A stretch of DNA of 51,596 nucleotides, filler included, from Basidioascus undulatus (lineage: Eukaryota): the NCBI GenBank assembly GCA_000826855.1. It is 3 parts of 3 records of this genome, joined end to end, with 100 filler letters (N's around TTAATTAATTAA, not from the genome) between each part and the next. Parts side by side here need not be neighbours in the genome. Positions count along the whole stretch, not along the records: positions 34,525 to 51,596 come from JTLS01000549.1; 2 more parts are not named here. One strand, written 5' to 3'. Made by a program: the position numbers and the translations under genes. Within the stretch, counting starts at the first letter, position 1, and the number at the start of each line of letters is the position of its first letter. The notes under the pieces were generated by a model. The model ran no database searches and was not told the origin of the DNA. It saw only the letters and a program-made list of their open reading frames with translations. Positions 49,588 to 51,596 of the stretch are shown piece after piece.

Positions 49588-50643
49588 ATGTCTTTTGCCT
49601 TCCCGTTCGACATCGTATCGCACAGGATCCACCTTCTTGCTACCCCCTCTCACCCGCTCGCCTACGGATACGCCGGGACGTCCAACGTGCGCTCGTAGCG
49701 CTCACGCACGTAGCGCTCACGCTCGTCTCGCATGATGTTCGCCGGGTCGCGCTACCGCTGCTTCACCGCACACATTTCATGGAGTCCTTCTCAACCCTCG
49801 AACGCCTTCTGGAAAGGTCGCCCCATCATCTCGACGATGTCTCGTCGCTCGCCATCTCGTGCGCCAACAGCTCACCACCGGTCACGCGGTGTGCACCCTC
49901 GCGACGCTGCTCGAGGCGTCGCGGCCTTCACTCCGCCGGCTTGTGTTCAGCTATAACAGCCAGTCTAGCGATTGGACGAGACTGCAGGCGGAGCTCGATC
50001 ATCTGTCTGCGGTGCTGGGGTCTCTCGACCTGACCGAGTTGGCGACTTGCCAGGTACTGGCTGGGAATCCTGATCGCATTAGCCTTCAAGGCTACAATTT
50101 CCTTACCTATGAAAGCCTTTGCGAACAGTGGCAAGGCGGTGGCGACCGGGTTATGTATCTCCACGTTCATGGCATGCAATCGGTGCTTGTGGTCTTGCAG
50201 GGCCGGTGATTCACGGACCCGGTCGATAAGACGGTTGCGGTCAGCAGCTACAAGGACTCAACCATCTCGTTCTGGCGCGCACATGGATCCAAGACGTACC
50301 GCCGTTTGTAGACTTGCTGCACAAGCTTCCCGCACTGCGAAAGATCCTGCTCATAGAGCAATCGTTTATCCCTGACAATGTCACCAGCCCGCAAGGGGTC
50401 AGGCGTGTGGAGGCGCTACAGCTTGCCGAGGCCATGCAGCGGCACGGCGTGCAGGTCTCCATGCGGTTCGTCGACGAGGACTTTACGAGGAAGGACGCTC
50501 TTCGCAGGAAGACAAATTTTACCACGATAGAAGCCCCTCGCAGGCTTGGGAAGACGAAGATCGAAAATCGCAACAACTCATGGCTTGGGTCTGGGACAGG
50601 CTGCCGGATGGTACGCTTTGGGAGCTCGAGGGTGAGCCGGTGA
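49588..50643 (+). pseudogene. Frameshifted F-box-like/LRR-like relic (PSHPLAY family)
   Basis: MSFAFPFDIVSHRIHLLATPSHPLAY, a frameshift near 49670 to RDVQRALVALT(HVALT)LVSHDVRRVALPLLH with a 15-bp duplication at 49694-49723, and further shifts to RPSLRRLVF and LPALRKILL. Confidence 0.55.
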
Positions 50644-51012
50644 TGCATGTGAGAGAGACTGTCTGAAGCGCTTGCATCTTGTGTAATGCTCACCGCGGGT
50701 TTAGTCCTTGAAACTGCCTTCCGACGAACGTTGTATTAATGTACTTAAATACAGGTTATGCAGCCCACACCTCTACACAGGGTTCCGGAGAAGTGTACAA
50801 CAATTCTTCAGCCTGCCAAAACGAAGTTCAGTTCTTCACGGTGTTGGCCACTGACTATGATGCTCTTCCGTGCCTTCGAAGACTACACATCTATTGCTAG
50901 CTTGTCTTACCGGGAAACAGTTAGGAAATAGGCTGGTTCAGGGTAAACTAACGGACAGAAAAGGCGTTTAATCATCGAATGCATGCACTGCGCTGCACTC
51001 AGCTCAATGCTC

Positions 51013-51596
51013 CTAAGGATAGACTATCTTCCCCGGCGTAGCCCAAATCTCGCCATTCAGTGCCCCTTCCCATAACCATGCTTTTAAGGGTTGTATTCCG
51101 GGGAAGGAAGCGCGGTAATTGCTCGCCACTCCCACTCGCACAATCTCCGTGGTGGCGACAGCCTTCTTTGCGACCGAGTCCAGTTCTTCCAGATATGTCA
51201 AATCCCAGGTGTGGCAGACAATCCGCTCGATTGAGGTCTTTTGGGATAGAAGAACTCCCCAGGAGATTTGAATGGCGTTCTTTGGAATTCCTCGGCAGTT
51301 CGCGAGAACGAGGTGTGTGAGGCAAGAGACTACCGACTGCGTGTGCGAATGCCGGGCCGATGTTGACATCCCAGATGAGAAGCCTTTGAATTCGATCGAA
51401 GTTGGAAAGACACCTGGTATCGTCGAACCTCCAACCGAAATACACCACCTCCTGGAGCGTCCCCGACACTCGCCGGACGGCTGGATGGCCGAGCTGGGGG
51501 AACCCGAACCTATCCCACAGGACAAGCCTCTAGATGGTGGATCGATGGAGATCGATGAGGCGCTCGAACCCCCGCTCACGCTCCTGCAGTGCTCCG
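51013..51596 (-). pseudogene. 3' part of an LRR-like gene relic (5' end outside the window)
   Basis: LHRSTI*RLVLWD (TAG 51530-51532), TLQEVVYF, IQRLLIWDV, then a frameshift near 51330 to CLTHLVLANC...SIERIVCH. Confidence 0.4.

Overview
Eukaryotic DNA from an intron-rich basidiomycete fungus. GTGCGT/GTACGT/GTGAGT donors, CTRAC branch points and high GC3 suggest a Pucciniomycotina-type yeast (inference). The window is three contigs joined by two artificial 100-nt spacers (N44-TTAATTAATTAA-N44 at 17172-17271 and 34425-34524), so adjacency across them is unproven. Recognisable genes: M20 beta-alanine synthase/N-carbamoylase (PYD3-like), AFG2/DRG1 AAA ATPase, ALO1-like lactone oxidase, a minimal secreted CFEM protein, DPM1, flavocytochrome b2 ending in SKL, two divergent MFS transporters, CHS7, PHB1, PMI40 and an intron-containing tRNA-Ser(AGA). 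Most of the space between them holds frameshifted or stop-interrupted relics: several F-box/LRR-like paralogs, a MYND finger, a secreted protein, an alpha/beta hydrolase fragment and a coiled-coil protein. Most notable: (1) a sawtooth C-rich to G-rich skew in the housekeeping genes, (2) selective decay of accessory genes, (3) a Dpm1 whose charge pattern predicts inverted topology, flanked by inverted paralogous relics, and (4) a PTS1-bearing cytochrome b2 with an in-frame first intron. No prokaryotic-type system, CRISPR array or intact transposon was seen. Exon boundaries were read by eye.
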